The notes beneath the pieces were generated by a model. It was not told where the DNA came from. It ran no database searches and saw only the letters and a list, made by a program, of their open reading frames with translations. Position numbers and translations under genes: made by a program. Positions 1-9,469 of a DNA stretch of 64,000 nucleotides are shown one piece after another. The stretch covers positions 128,001 to 192,000 of the forward strand of contig CAWEJX010000020.1 of assembly GCA_963809485.1 (NCBI GenBank), in the 5' to 3' direction. Source of the DNA: an uncultured Acidobacteriota bacterium (GTDB lineage Bacteria > Acidobacteriota > UBA6911). Numbering within the stretch: the first letter of the stretch is position 1; each line of letters starts with the position of its first letter.

Positions 1-2
1 AG

Positions 3-470
3 CTGAACGAAGCAGAGCTGAATGGATGGCTGGAGGCAAATCTTGCGCTCAAAAGACCTGAGGGTTCGGCCCCCACTCCGCCCCAATCGCCGGAGGCAAT
101 GATCTCGCTGGCAAAGAAGGCCCTGGCATCCGATTCAATAAACCGTCAGGAATTGGAACAGGCGCGGTCCTCAGTACGCGACGTTAAAATTCAATTGCAG
201 GAAGACTCCCTGAGCCTATATGCGATATTTGACATGCATGGAAAGGATCTGTCTCTGGAGTTGGACGGCCGGCTGGTAGTCGAAAACGGGTACATGCGGC
301 TGGAACCGACCGGCGGCAAATTGGGATCACTTCCGCTTAGCAATACCACCTTGCAGGCAGTGGTCAACCGTCTTTTCAATTCACCGGAGAACAAGGAGAA
401 ATTCCGGTTGCCGCCATATATTCATGAAATTCAAATCCAACATGGCCAGATAGTCATTTCCTCCCGATAA
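3..470 (+). CDS. Hypothetical protein, 5'-truncated by window edge
   Basis: The frame of ORF 99..470 stays open back to base 3 (LNEAELNGWLEANL...), so the true start lies upstream. No recognisable motif. Confidence 0.7.
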   Translation: MNEAELNGWLEANLALKRPEGSAPTPPQSPEAMISLAKKALASDSINRQELEQARSSVRDVKIQLQEDSLSLYAIFDMHGKDLSLELDGRLVVENGYMRLEPTGGKLGSLPLSNTTLQAVVNRLFNSPENKEKFRLPPYIHEIQIQHGQIVISSR

Positions 471-567
471 GCATTTCACCGCATCTGCCTCAAGAAGCCA
501 ACGCTTTGGGCTGGAACAACATCGGTAGCGTCTTATCGGCTCTTGCCCGCCCGCCGTTGCCTTATTG

Positions 568-664
568 ATCAGTGTTCGTCAGTGTTTTGTCAGCGTATGT
601 CGGCGTTAAATGATCCTGGAACTGTCAAACTCCTTGAGTCCCACAGCTCTGTTGGAGGATTGCC
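568..664. repeat. Degenerate partial copy of IS200-end-like MITE
   Basis: TCAGCG-type short repeats followed by GATCCTGGAACTGTCAAACTCCTTGAGTCCC; aligns by eye with 44541..44639 and 4052..4100. Confidence 0.6.
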
Positions 665-853
665 AGTTTATTTTTTGGCTGAAGATCTCACCTCCCACTT
701 GAAACCTACGACCTGCAACCTGTAACCTATAAAGTGTGGCCATATAGCTTGTCGCTCCAGGGTGTTAGGTCCCCTTATTGGATTGATAAAAATCGCGGGG
801 CCTGATACAAGTAGAGCATTCAATTTGGCCAGAATTGTAAGGGAGATTCGTCC

Positions 854-1624
854 ATGGCTGGAGATAATCAAACCGAACCGAATAAGTCTAAAAACAAGAA
901 GTTTTCAAGGCGCGATTTTGTAGTCGGCAGCGGAACCGTGCTTGCGGGTGGAGCGCTTACGGCCTATACGCCTGCGAATGCTATAGCCGAGCCTGCAGCG
1001 CCGCCTGCGGAAAAAAATCCATACTCGCCCTCAACAATGTACCTGGTTTATGACAGCAAGCATTGTGCCGGATGCTGGGGCTGCATGCTCGCATGCTCTA
1101 TGGTCCACGAGGGCGTAACAAGCTTGTCTCTGTCCCGCATTCAGGTGCACCGGGCAGTACTCGCCAAATATCCTCTCGACATTCAACAAAATGTCTGCCG
1201 GCAATGTCCCGATCCTCTTTGCGTGAGATATTGCCCGACCGGAGCGGCCCATGTCAGCGCCGAAAATGGCAACATCCGGATGATTGACGCCCAGAAGTGC
1301 ATTGGCTGCCAGACTTGCATAAAATCCTGTCCGCACATCCCGCATCGGCCCATATGGAATCCTGCCACAAAGAAAGCCACCAAATGCGACATGTGCGTCG
1401 ATACGCCTTACTACAACAAGAAAGGCGGCCCCGGCGGAACCCAAGCCTGCGTCGAGGCCTGTCCCGCAAGTGCTCTGAAGATTGTGAATGAACTCCCATC
1501 GCAAGCCGACATCAGTGGATACGACCGCAACCTGCAGCCGCCTCCAAAGCCCAAACCTGCGTTCGGAGCTCCTGGAGCTAAACCCAAAAACTCACCGCCG
1601 GCAGAAGCTGAGCCTAAACTCTAA
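854..1624 (+). CDS. 4Fe-4S dicluster (DmsB/YdhY-like) electron-transfer subunit with twin-arginine motif
   Basis: SRRDFV plus hydrophobic stretch; four Cys clusters (CAGCWGC..C, CRQC..C..CP, CIGCQTC..CP, KCDMC..CVEACP); 14 nt upstream of an AOR gene. Confidence 0.9.
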   Translation: MAGDNQTEPNKSKNKKFSRRDFVVGSGTVLAGGALTAYTPANAIAEPAAPPAEKNPYSPSTMYLVYDSKHCAGCWGCMLACSMVHEGVTSLSLSRIQVHRAVLAKYPLDIQQNVCRQCPDPLCVRYCPTGAAHVSAENGNIRMIDAQKCIGCQTCIKSCPHIPHRPIWNPATKKATKCDMCVDTPYYNKKGGPGGTQACVEACPASALKIVNELPSQADISGYDRNLQPPPKPKPAFGAPGAKPKNSPPAEAEPKL

Positions 1625-1638
1625 GGAAGGAGGATACT

Positions 1639-3696
1639 ATGGCAACGCCAGGATTTGCGGGAAAGATACTTTTGGTTAACCTGACATCCAAAGAAATCAG
1701 GGCTTTAGATAGTGAAAAATATGAAATGTACGGCGGTGGACATGGCACCTCCACGGCTCTCTTCTGGGAGTTTTGTGTAACTCCCGGCGAATGGGACCTT
1801 CAGGATGCCTTTGATCCCCGAAACATGGTTTGTCTGATGACGGGCGCGATATCCGGATCGGGAATACCGGCCGGCGCAAGGACAAGCGTTTCGGGATTGT
1901 CGCCGCAGTGCTATCCCATCCAGTGGTGGTGCCACAGCAATTTCGGCGGCGCGTTTTCCACCATGCTGAAAATGGCGGGATGGGATGGTGTGGCTGTTAT
2001 GGGCAAGGCGGACTCTCCTGTCTATATCAATATCATCGACGACAAGGTGACATTAGAAGATGCCAAGGCCTTGTGGGGCCTTAACACATGGGAGTGTCAG
2101 GAAGAGATCTGGAAGAGATCCGGTGTGCGCTTCGGCCAGGAGTGGCAGAAGCTTGACAACGGCTACACTCTGCAAAGGCCGGCTATCGTCACCACGGGGC
2201 CGGCGGGCGAAAATATGACAAGGGTTGCTTCGCTTCTTCATGGCGGCGGATCGGGCGCCGGACAGGGAGGATTCGGAGGCGTTTTCGGCTCCAAAAACCT
2301 TAAAGCCGTAGCCGTCGCAGGCACCGGAGGCATCAAGATAGCCGACCCGAAGGCTTTAAAGGACGCCCGGGAATGGTGGGACAAAACCTGGCCGCGAATG
2401 GGCGCCTTTGCCGGATTCGGACCTCCATCCATCGGGTCCTGCTGCGTAGGATGCGGCATCCCCCGGATGTGCCATAACCGGGACCGCGCGTACAGCCAGG
2501 ATTCCGACGATTGCGCAGAATCAACCTGGTACTCTCTCATTGATCACAAAGTCCCGACTGAGGTCAATCAGAAGGGAACCGATATCTGCCAGCAGCTGGC
2601 TCTGAATGCCATGGAAACCTGCTTTATGGGACCCATGTCCTTCGACACGTCCCACAATAAGGATTTCCCGATTCAGCCGAAAGTTCCCGCATATACCGCC
2701 CTGGGCTGGTATATGAAAAAGATGTATGACATGAAGGTCATCGGTCCGGGGACCAAATTCGACGTTTCTCCGCTCCCGATGGACGCCTACAAGAGCCCGG
2801 AATTCATGGAAATCTATGGAATTGCGCTTGCAAAGCGCGTGGGCATCGGCAATTTGCTGGCGGAAGGCACCGCCCGCTTCGCCGAAAAATTGGGAAGAAC
2901 GGACGATTTCAATACGCTTTGCCGGCTGACGATGTGGGGATACCAGGATCACTGGTCCATGCCTGGCGTCGAATGGGCTTACGGCAACCTGATGGATTCC
3001 CGCGACATCAACAACCATGACATGTCTCTGGGCACCAAGCGTGGCTGGACCTGCGAAAACTTTGTGAAGGTTCTTTCTGAAAGAACCACCAAGAATGATC
3101 CATTCTGGTTCGACTACAGCTGGGACAATGAACAGGCCTACAAAACCGGAATCTACTCCAAACACAAAGCCGAATGGGTTGCCTGGCACCAGCACTACTG
3201 GAACTACTACAAGGAATCTGTCGGTTACTGCGATTGGGGCTATTCCCAGCTCTTCAGCCAGTCCCACAAGGAAGGCAAAGGGCACACTCCCGAAGCCGAG
3301 CCGAAATTTCTCAATGCCATCACAGGAAGGAATCACACTTTCGAGGATGGCATGGAAATCGGCAGACGCTCCTGGAATTTAAAGAGGGCGATTTTCGTGA
3401 TACAGGGCAGGCACAGAAAAATGGAGAATTTCACGGGATACTATTACAGGCCCGGAGCCTCCTACTGCGGATTTGCCCCCGAATTACCCATATTCGACGG
3501 CTCCAAATGGGAATGGAAGAATTGCAAGGAGCTTTATTTCACAAGAGAAGGGGTCGATCAATGGAAGACCCACTTCTACAATGTCGAAGGCTGGGATGCC
3601 GATACCGGTTATCCCAAGCGGAAAACGCTTGAAGACCTGGGCATGAAGCATGTCGCGGATCTGCTTCAGTCCAAGAACAAACTGGGCGCAGCCTAG
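1639..3696 (+). CDS. Aldehyde:ferredoxin oxidoreductase family (W/Mo-bis-pterin), YdhV-like
   Basis: GFAGKILLVNLT N-terminus, LKMAGWDG, GPAGEN, GGVFGSKNLKAV, CxxC..C cluster, GWDADTGYP C-terminus; RBS AAGGAGG. Confidence 0.92.
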   Translation: MATPGFAGKILLVNLTSKEIRALDSEKYEMYGGGHGTSTALFWEFCVTPGEWDLQDAFDPRNMVCLMTGAISGSGIPAGARTSVSGLSPQCYPIQWWCHSNFGGAFSTMLKMAGWDGVAVMGKADSPVYINIIDDKVTLEDAKALWGLNTWECQEEIWKRSGVRFGQEWQKLDNGYTLQRPAIVTTGPAGENMTRVASLLHGGGSGAGQGGFGGVFGSKNLKAVAVAGTGGIKIADPKALKDAREWWDKTWPRMGAFAGFGPPSIGSCCVGCGIPRMCHNRDRAYSQDSDDCAESTWYSLIDHKVPTEVNQKGTDICQQLALNAMETCFMGPMSFDTSHNKDFPIQPKVPAYTALGWYMKKMYDMKVIGPGTKFDVSPLPMDAYKSPEFMEIYGIALAKRVGIGNLLAEGTARFAEKLGRTDDFNTLCRLTMWGYQDHWSMPGVEWAYGNLMDSRDINNHDMSLGTKRGWTCENFVKVLSERTTKNDPFWFDYSWDNEQAYKTGIYSKHKAEWVAWHQHYWNYYKESVGYCDWGYSQLFSQSHKEGKGHTPEAEPKFLNAITGRNHTFEDGMEIGRRSWNLKRAIFVIQGRHRKMENFTGYYYRPGASYCGFAPELPIFDGSKWEWKNCKELYFTREGVDQWKTHFYNVEGWDADTGYPKRKTLEDLGMKHVADLLQSKNKLGAA

Positions 3697-3707
3697 GTCA
3701 ATGACCG

Positions 3708-3762
3708 AAAAACGGCCACGGATTTCGCGAATCATCCCGCGCAGGTTCGTGGCTGTTTTTTT
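3708..3762 (+). terminator. Hairpin with T-tract after AOR1 (possible intrinsic terminator)
   Basis: AAAACGGCCACGGA...TTCGTGGCTGTTTTTTT inverted repeat just after the stop codon. Confidence 0.5.
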
Positions 3763-3783
3763 GTTCATCGGGCTCATGCGAGA

Positions 3784-3813
3784 TTGCATTAAGCGGTATA
3801 TGTTGCTATAGAT
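3784..3813 (+). promoter_or_regulatory. Putative sigma70 promoter with overlapping ModE-like box
   Basis: TTGCAT-N17-TATAGA; overlapping CGGTATAT-N7-TAGAT resembles the ModE TATAT-N7-TAYAT consensus. Confidence 0.35.
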
Positions 3814-3881
3814 AAAGAGAAAAGCGAGCATCGGCGAAGGAAGCTTTGCCCATGGCTGGAGGCATGCCTATCCAAAGCAGC

Positions 3882-4109
3882 AGTCAGGTACCTCCGGAAA
3901 ACCCGGAGGCTTGAAAGATTTGAACCGCTCAAAGCGGTTGGAGAAGTTACGCCGGTCTTGAACGCTGACTTACGCGGGCAAAAGCCGACCCTCGCCGAAC
4001 AAATCGGCGTTTGTCAGCGCTTTTATCAGCGTTTCTCAGCGTTTCAAAATACAGAGCTGTCATACTCTTTGAGTCCCCCGGCAGAGCCGGGAGTTTACCA
4101 ATCTAATTA
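3882..4109 (-). mobile_element. Non-autonomous IS200/IS605-end-like element (MITE/PATE), complete copy
   Basis: Near-identical to 42108..42294 and, inverted, to 58994..59191. Subterminal hairpins CCTCCGG-AAAAC-CCGGAGG, AACCGC-TCAAA-GCGGTT and CCCGGC-AGA-GCCGGG; no transposase, no TIR. Confidence 0.8.
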
Positions 4110-4173
4110 CCCCCGCTTTCCCGGAGCTGAATTTGCAGCTCCGCCCGCAGAAAAGAAGGGATAGGAGATTCAC

Positions 4174-6249
4174 ATGGCGACGCCAGGATTTGCAGGCAAG
4201 ATTCTCAGGGTTAATCTGACAACCAGGGAAATTGGCTCCCTGGATTCCTCAAAATATGAAGCCTTCGGCGGAGGTCACGGGACTGCCACCGCCATCTTCT
4301 GGGATCTTTGCGTCGCACCGGGCGGGTGGGATCTTCAGGATGCCTTCGATCCGAGAAATATCGTCGCTTTGATGACCGGTCCTTTGGCGGGAACTGGTTT
4401 GGCCTTCGCCGGCAGGACCAGCGTTTCGGGCCTGGCTCCGCAGACGTGGCCGGTCTGTTGGTTCGGACACAGTAATTTCGGCGGCAGCTTTGCGCCCATG
4501 CTCAAGTTTGCCGGATGGGATGGCGTGGTTGTCGAAGGCAAAGCCGATCAGCCCGTCTACATCAATATCGTTAACGATAAAGTCACAATCGAGGATGCCC
4601 GGCCTCTTTGGGGGCTTAACGTTTGGGAAACCCAGGATGAGATCTGGAAGATGGAGAGCACGAAGGCTCCGGTTCGATACGGCTCCGAATGGCAGAAACT
4701 GGGTACCACCTACTCGACGCAAAGGCCGTCGATCGTCACCATCGGCCCCGCCGGAGAGAACAAATCGCGGATAGCTTCTTTGATTCATGCCGGCGGATCC
4801 GGGGCGGGCCAGGGCGGCTTTGGGGGCGTATTCGGCGCCAAAAACCTGAAGGCTGTCGCCGTAATCGGCACAGGCAGCATTAAAATCGCCGACCCCAAAG
4901 CTGTGAGGGATGCGCGGGAATGGTTTGAAGCCTCCTTTCCCATGAGCGGTCAGCGAGGTCCCGGACGCGACATCAAGCCTGGCGTCTCGGCTTGCCTGGG
5001 CTGCAACCGAGGCTGCCATTCCAGGAGCCAGATCCACGGATTCGATTCCGACCAATGCACGGAGATGATCTGGTATAGCCTTCCCTCCCCTCCCTTCAAA
5101 CGCACAACGAGGTCGGATTCATGGAGGGCGACAGATTTCGTGCAAAAATTGGGGCTGAACGCCTCCGATGTCACTTTCATGGGCGCCATGAACTTCCCGA
5201 GTCTCCCGGACACCGAAATCGGATCGCATTGTCCAGCAAATACCGGCGCGGGCTGGTACGTGAAGAGGCTGTATGACATGGGAGTCATTGGCCCGGGCAA
5301 ACCGGTGGATACCTACCCTTTGCCGATGGACCAATACGAAACCGTCGAATTCGCCGAAATTTTCGCGTTGGCGATCGCAAGGCGTATCGGCATCGGCGAT
5401 ATGCTGGCCGAGGGGACGGTCCGTTTTGCTGAAAAAATCGGCCGGATCAGCGATCTGAACAGTATCCTGCGTCTTCCCGCCTGGGGATACATGGATCACT
5501 GGACGATGCCGACGGTGGAATGGGCTTACGGCAACCTGGTGGATTCGCGCGATCAGAATAACCACGACATGCAGTTGGGACCTACAAAACTGATGTCCTG
5601 CGAGGAATATGTCAAGATGCTGGCATCGACCAGTCCCCCCTTCAGCGACGATCCCTTTATGTTCGACTACAGCTGGCAGGGTGATCAGGCATATAAGACC
5701 GGGATATATTCGGACCATAAGGCGAAATTCGTAGCCTGGCATCAGCACTATGCAACGTACTACAAGGAGTCTGTTCTGTTCTGTGACTGGGCCATGGGTA
5801 ACTATTTCAATCCGTCAAATCCGGATGGACGGGGTGCCACACCTGTGGCCGAACCCCGGTTCCTTAATGCCGTAACCGGCCGGGGCCAAACTTTCGAAGA
5901 CGGCCTGGAAATGGGCCGGCGGGCATGGAATCTGAAGCGGGCAATCTTTGTGCTGCAGGGCAGAACAAGGGAGATAGAAAAATTCGCCGGATACATGTAT
6001 AAGCGAGGGGCTTCCATGTCCGGGGTCGCAACGACCATTCCCGTATACGACGGCTCAAAATGGGATTGGGTGAACTGCAGGGAGCTCTACCTGGACGACA
6101 AAGGGGTCGAAAACTGGAAAACTGCCTTTTATAGGTTCGAGGGCTGGGATCCGCAAACCGGTTATCCCAGGCGTAAAACCCTGGAAGATCTGGGGCTGAA
6201 GCACGTCGCCGACGTCCTTCAGGCAAAAAACAAACTGGGATCTGCCTAA
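4174..6249 (+). CDS. Aldehyde:ferredoxin oxidoreductase family paralog 2
   Basis: Same motifs as 1639..3696 (MATPGFAGKIL, LKFAGWDG, GAKNLKAV, CLGCNRGC, FCDW); RBS AGGAG. Confidence 0.92.
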   Translation: MATPGFAGKILRVNLTTREIGSLDSSKYEAFGGGHGTATAIFWDLCVAPGGWDLQDAFDPRNIVALMTGPLAGTGLAFAGRTSVSGLAPQTWPVCWFGHSNFGGSFAPMLKFAGWDGVVVEGKADQPVYINIVNDKVTIEDARPLWGLNVWETQDEIWKMESTKAPVRYGSEWQKLGTTYSTQRPSIVTIGPAGENKSRIASLIHAGGSGAGQGGFGGVFGAKNLKAVAVIGTGSIKIADPKAVRDAREWFEASFPMSGQRGPGRDIKPGVSACLGCNRGCHSRSQIHGFDSDQCTEMIWYSLPSPPFKRTTRSDSWRATDFVQKLGLNASDVTFMGAMNFPSLPDTEIGSHCPANTGAGWYVKRLYDMGVIGPGKPVDTYPLPMDQYETVEFAEIFALAIARRIGIGDMLAEGTVRFAEKIGRISDLNSILRLPAWGYMDHWTMPTVEWAYGNLVDSRDQNNHDMQLGPTKLMSCEEYVKMLASTSPPFSDDPFMFDYSWQGDQAYKTGIYSDHKAKFVAWHQHYATYYKESVLFCDWAMGNYFNPSNPDGRGATPVAEPRFLNAVTGRGQTFEDGLEMGRRAWNLKRAIFVLQGRTREIEKFAGYMYKRGASMSGVATTIPVYDGSKWDWVNCRELYLDDKGVENWKTAFYRFEGWDPQTGYPRRKTLEDLGLKHVADVLQAKNKLGSA

Positions 6250-6289
6250 AAGGCATCGCACGCGGTCATCCCTGAAAGTGGGCAAAAAA

Positions 6290-8233
6290 TCAGGGCATGA
6301 TGGGCAGTGCTATGAAACTTGCGTGATCTCCTGCTCGATAAATCCGCTGTGTGGCTTTGATGAAATCTGCGGGCTTAGCCCAGAAAATATTCTCCACATA
6401 GGTTTGCGGATTCCGGTCATAAAGCGGAAACCAGCTTGACTGGATCTGCACCATTATTTTGTGTCCCGGAAGAAAGACATGATGGGCCGGCGGGAGTTCC
6501 CAGCGGAAGAGTTCGACCTGTCCTGCGGAAATCGGTGCCGGCTTTGCCTTATCTGTGCGATAGCGGCCGCGCAGTATTTCAGCTGAAACCATCAGCTGAT
6601 ATCCGCCGAGTTCAGGCTTAGATGGATACTCGTCAGGGTAAACGTCGATAAGCTTGAGCACAAAATCCGAATCCGTTCCCGTAGTGGAAGCGAAAAGGTT
6701 GGCAACAGGCCTGCCACCGATGGCAACAGGCCGTGTCAGAGTTTCCGATTGATAGCTCAAAACGTCCGTGCGGCTTGAGAAATTGCGTTGGTCGTCTACC
6801 AGCCACCTTTCCCAGTTCGAGTCCTCGGCATAGGTCGGGCGAATGGGGCGCAGCCTGTAGGGCACCGGTTTTGACGGATCAGAAATATATTCGTCGAATG
6901 CGTCGCCGAGTGCATCCGGAGCATCGAATCCGAGCCCGAACCCTTTTCTTAAAAAATACGCACGCATATTCCCCGCACATCCGGATTCACAGCTGCGAGG
7001 CCAGGAATCGTATCGTTTCCAGTCGTTGCTGCCGGTTTCATACACCAACACGGGCGGCGTATTCGCCTTCACCGCACCGGCTTTCAGGTGCTCGTTGAGG
7101 AAGGGCAAGAGGATGGTCTGGCGAAAATGGCGGGCCGTGTTGCCCTCAAACCTGAGCGGACCGAGCGAACTTCCGTCCCCGTTGGACCCGCTGTGCGCCC
7201 AGGGGCCCATCACAAGGAAATTCATATCATTTTCGCGGTCTTTGGGCTCGACCGCCTGATAGGCGGCGACGGCGCCGTAAATATCCTCCTGGTCCCAGAG
7301 CCCGTGGACATAAAGGATCGGGACCTTCAACGGTTGGTCTGCAAGGATTTTATCCACAGCCCGGGCTTGCCAGAATGCATCATAGGACGGATGCTGCAAC
7401 AGCTTGCGCCACATATCCAGGTGCTCCATTTTCATGCGCCGCCCCAACTCCCCTGCCGAACCCGCCCTCATATAGAGGTCATAATTGTCATAGACGCCGC
7501 TTTTCCAGAGTATGTCCGAATTGCGGGATGCCTCCTGGTCATGGATGTAATCCATCATCATCTGGCGGAAAGCGCCGTTGTGAAACCAATCGTCCCCCAG
7601 CCAGGTGTCAACCATAGGATTGACCGGCACGGCGGCTTTCAAAGCAGGATGCGGATTTACCAGAGCCATGAGAACCAGGAAACCGTCGTAGGACGTGCCG
7701 ATCATGCCGACACGCTGATTGCTCTCCGGCACATTTTTAATCAGCCATTCGATGGTGTCGTAGGCATCCGTGGAGTGGTCGATGCCTGTCGGATTGAGCG
7801 GCCCTCGAAGGGGACGGTTCATGACGTAATCCCCTTCGGACCGGTATTTGCCGCGCACATCCTGGAATACACGAATATATCCGGCACGGGCAATCACATC
7901 GTCGCCGCCCGGCAGGACCGCCTCGAGGTTCTGGCTTTGATCGCGTGTCGAGCGTCTCGATGCACTGTAAGGCGTGCGACTGAGCAGGATAGGCATCTGC
8001 TCCTGCATACGCGGAATCAGGATGATGGTAAACAGCTTCACGCCGTCACGCATCGGGATCATTGCTTCCCGCCTGACAAAATCGGAGTTATCGGCAAGCA
8101 CACGGTCGATTTTGGGGAGTTCGCCCGTTTCATCGGGTTCCAGCGGCACGTGCGTGAGCTGAGCCAGAGCGCCTCCTCCAAAAACTACCAGTGCCAGAAC
8201 TGCCGCCATCCATCCAGCCGTCGATCGTTTCAT
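6290..8233 (-). CDS. CocE/NonD family hydrolase (alpha-amino acid ester hydrolase / glutaryl-7-ACA acylase-like), secreted
   Basis: IPMRDGVKL, QDVRGKYRSEG, nucleophile GTSYDG, GDDWFHNGAFR, SSWFPLYDRNPQ; signal peptide; start moved to MKRS with RBS GGAGGA. Confidence 0.9.
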   Translation of the reverse strand: MKRSTAGWMAAVLALVVFGGGALAQLTHVPLEPDETGELPKIDRVLADNSDFVRREAMIPMRDGVKLFTIILIPRMQEQMPILLSRTPYSASRRSTRDQSQNLEAVLPGGDDVIARAGYIRVFQDVRGKYRSEGDYVMNRPLRGPLNPTGIDHSTDAYDTIEWLIKNVPESNQRVGMIGTSYDGFLVLMALVNPHPALKAAVPVNPMVDTWLGDDWFHNGAFRQMMMDYIHDQEASRNSDILWKSGVYDNYDLYMRAGSAGELGRRMKMEHLDMWRKLLQHPSYDAFWQARAVDKILADQPLKVPILYVHGLWDQEDIYGAVAAYQAVEPKDRENDMNFLVMGPWAHSGSNGDGSSLGPLRFEGNTARHFRQTILLPFLNEHLKAGAVKANTPPVLVYETGSNDWKRYDSWPRSCESGCAGNMRAYFLRKGFGLGFDAPDALGDAFDEYISDPSKPVPYRLRPIRPTYAEDSNWERWLVDDQRNFSSRTDVLSYQSETLTRPVAIGGRPVANLFASTTGTDSDFVLKLIDVYPDEYPSKPELGGYQLMVSAEILRGRYRTDKAKPAPISAGQVELFRWELPPAHHVFLPGHKIMVQIQSSWFPLYDRNPQTYVENIFWAKPADFIKATQRIYRAGDHASFIALPIMP

Positions 8234-8360
8234 TCCGATCCTCCCATGAGGAATTTTCCGCACCATCATAGCACGGCCCAAAAATTCGACACGCAGCCGG
8301 CGGCCTTCACCGATAGCTCGGCCTGAGCCAGTTCCGCAGGTCTTTTCCGTTGCCTGGAGC

Positions 8361-8456
8361 GGCAAAAGCCGATGACCCTTTTCCGAATTTATCAGTCAGC
8401 ATGTATCGGCGTTACCCCACCTTGAAGCTGTCGAAATCAATGAGCCTCTCCCGGCA
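8361..8456. repeat. Highly degenerate remnant of the MITE family
   Basis: GGCAAAAGCCGA..., TCAGTCAGC..ATCGGCGTT, GAAGCTGTCGAAATCAATGAGCC..CCCGGCA echo segments of 3882..4109. Confidence 0.35.
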
Positions 8457-8507
8457 TGGATGTGGATTAGGCGATGAATGGATTGAAATGGATGGAACGG
8501 CCTGGCT

Positions 8508-8954
8508 TCAGAACTCGCACTCGGGATGCCGGAGTTCCGCAATCCTGCGATCCAGCTGAACAATTGCTTTTGCCTGCCGCTCTGCCGCTTCGTCGATAGA
8601 CAGGACAAGCTCGGGCACCTTTTTCAGCGCAGCGACAACGATTTCCATATTCCCGCAGGCTTCGATAGGGATGACGCGCTGGCTCACATAGGCATGACTC
8701 TCATGATCGCGCTCGATTATCCTGATCATGAGCCCCCATCTGCCCTCGATCCGTGAGTAGCCCACGTAACTGTCGGCGTCTATTCCTCCCACATTGGCCG
8801 TATGAATCTTCTCCGGATACCACACCGCCGCTTCCAGTCCCAGCGTTTTGAAATTTCTGCTCACATCCTCCACAGTCTTGCCGAATTCTCTCATGCGCGG
8901 GTTCAGGTTATCCGACACCTTCTTTCTGAGTTTTTCGTATGTGGTTTTGCTCAT
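8508..8954 (-). CDS. Hypothetical protein
   Basis: 148 aa ORF with GAGG RBS; protein-like composition; no motif recognised. Confidence 0.65.
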   Translation of the reverse strand: MSKTTYEKLRKKVSDNLNPRMREFGKTVEDVSRNFKTLGLEAAVWYPEKIHTANVGGIDADSYVGYSRIEGRWGLMIRIIERDHESHAYVSQRVIPIEACGNMEIVVAALKKVPELVLSIDEAAERQAKAIVQLDRRIAELRHPECEF

Positions 8955-9062
8955 CCTCGCCCCCCTCGAAGTTTCGCTTTTGAATATATGGCAAAGCCTG
9001 CAAGAAAGCTAATGTTCTGTTTGTTGCCTCCGATTTAGGAATACGAGAGGGAGGAAAAGAGT

Positions 9063-9404
9063 GTGGCAATCCAAAACAGAGTGACACAGGACCGCAGGAG
9101 GATTTCGCGTGTGCCGGCACGTTTGGCCTGCCGTTTCAGCCTCAACGGGGAAAGCCACGATGCGACCTTACTTGACCTTTCACTCAACGGGGCTTTCCTT
9201 TCCTCGAAATTCCTTCCGCCCAATGGATCCAGCATCTGCCTTAGCCTGCAGACACCGTCCATGAAAAAATCTCTTGCTCTGGACGCCACGGTACTCCGTG
9301 GCAGTTCCGTGAATTCGGATCATGGCAGCCTCAGCAGGTTCGCGATCCGTTTCCATAGCTCTTCTCTGGATCTCATGAAGCTTGTCCAGCAGCTCATTTC
9401 CTAG
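9063..9404 (+). CDS. PilZ domain protein (c-di-GMP receptor)
   Basis: RRISR (RxxxR) and DLSLNG (DxSxxG) motifs; RBS GGAGG. Confidence 0.85.
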   Translation: MAIQNRVTQDRRRISRVPARLACRFSLNGESHDATLLDLSLNGAFLSSKFLPPNGSSICLSLQTPSMKKSLALDATVLRGSSVNSDHGSLSRFAIRFHSSSLDLMKLVQQLIS

Positions 9405-9469
9405 CCATGGCTCGATTCCAAAGGCTCTGCATTTGCGGAGACTCCCATCAAAACCTCCAGGACTGAGTG

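Noticed and set aside
3958-4164. Short ORFs inside the MITE copies (also 41970..42158, 58882..59376, 58899..59126)
   Set aside because: Translations of the repeat; frames and ends are not conserved between copies.
7088-8326. 412-aa plus-strand ORF and similar long antisense ORFs (2521..3336, 4249..5055, 13208..13987, 56035..56934, 57948..58700)
   Set aside because: Lie opposite well-supported genes; typical GC-rich antisense shadows with no motifs.
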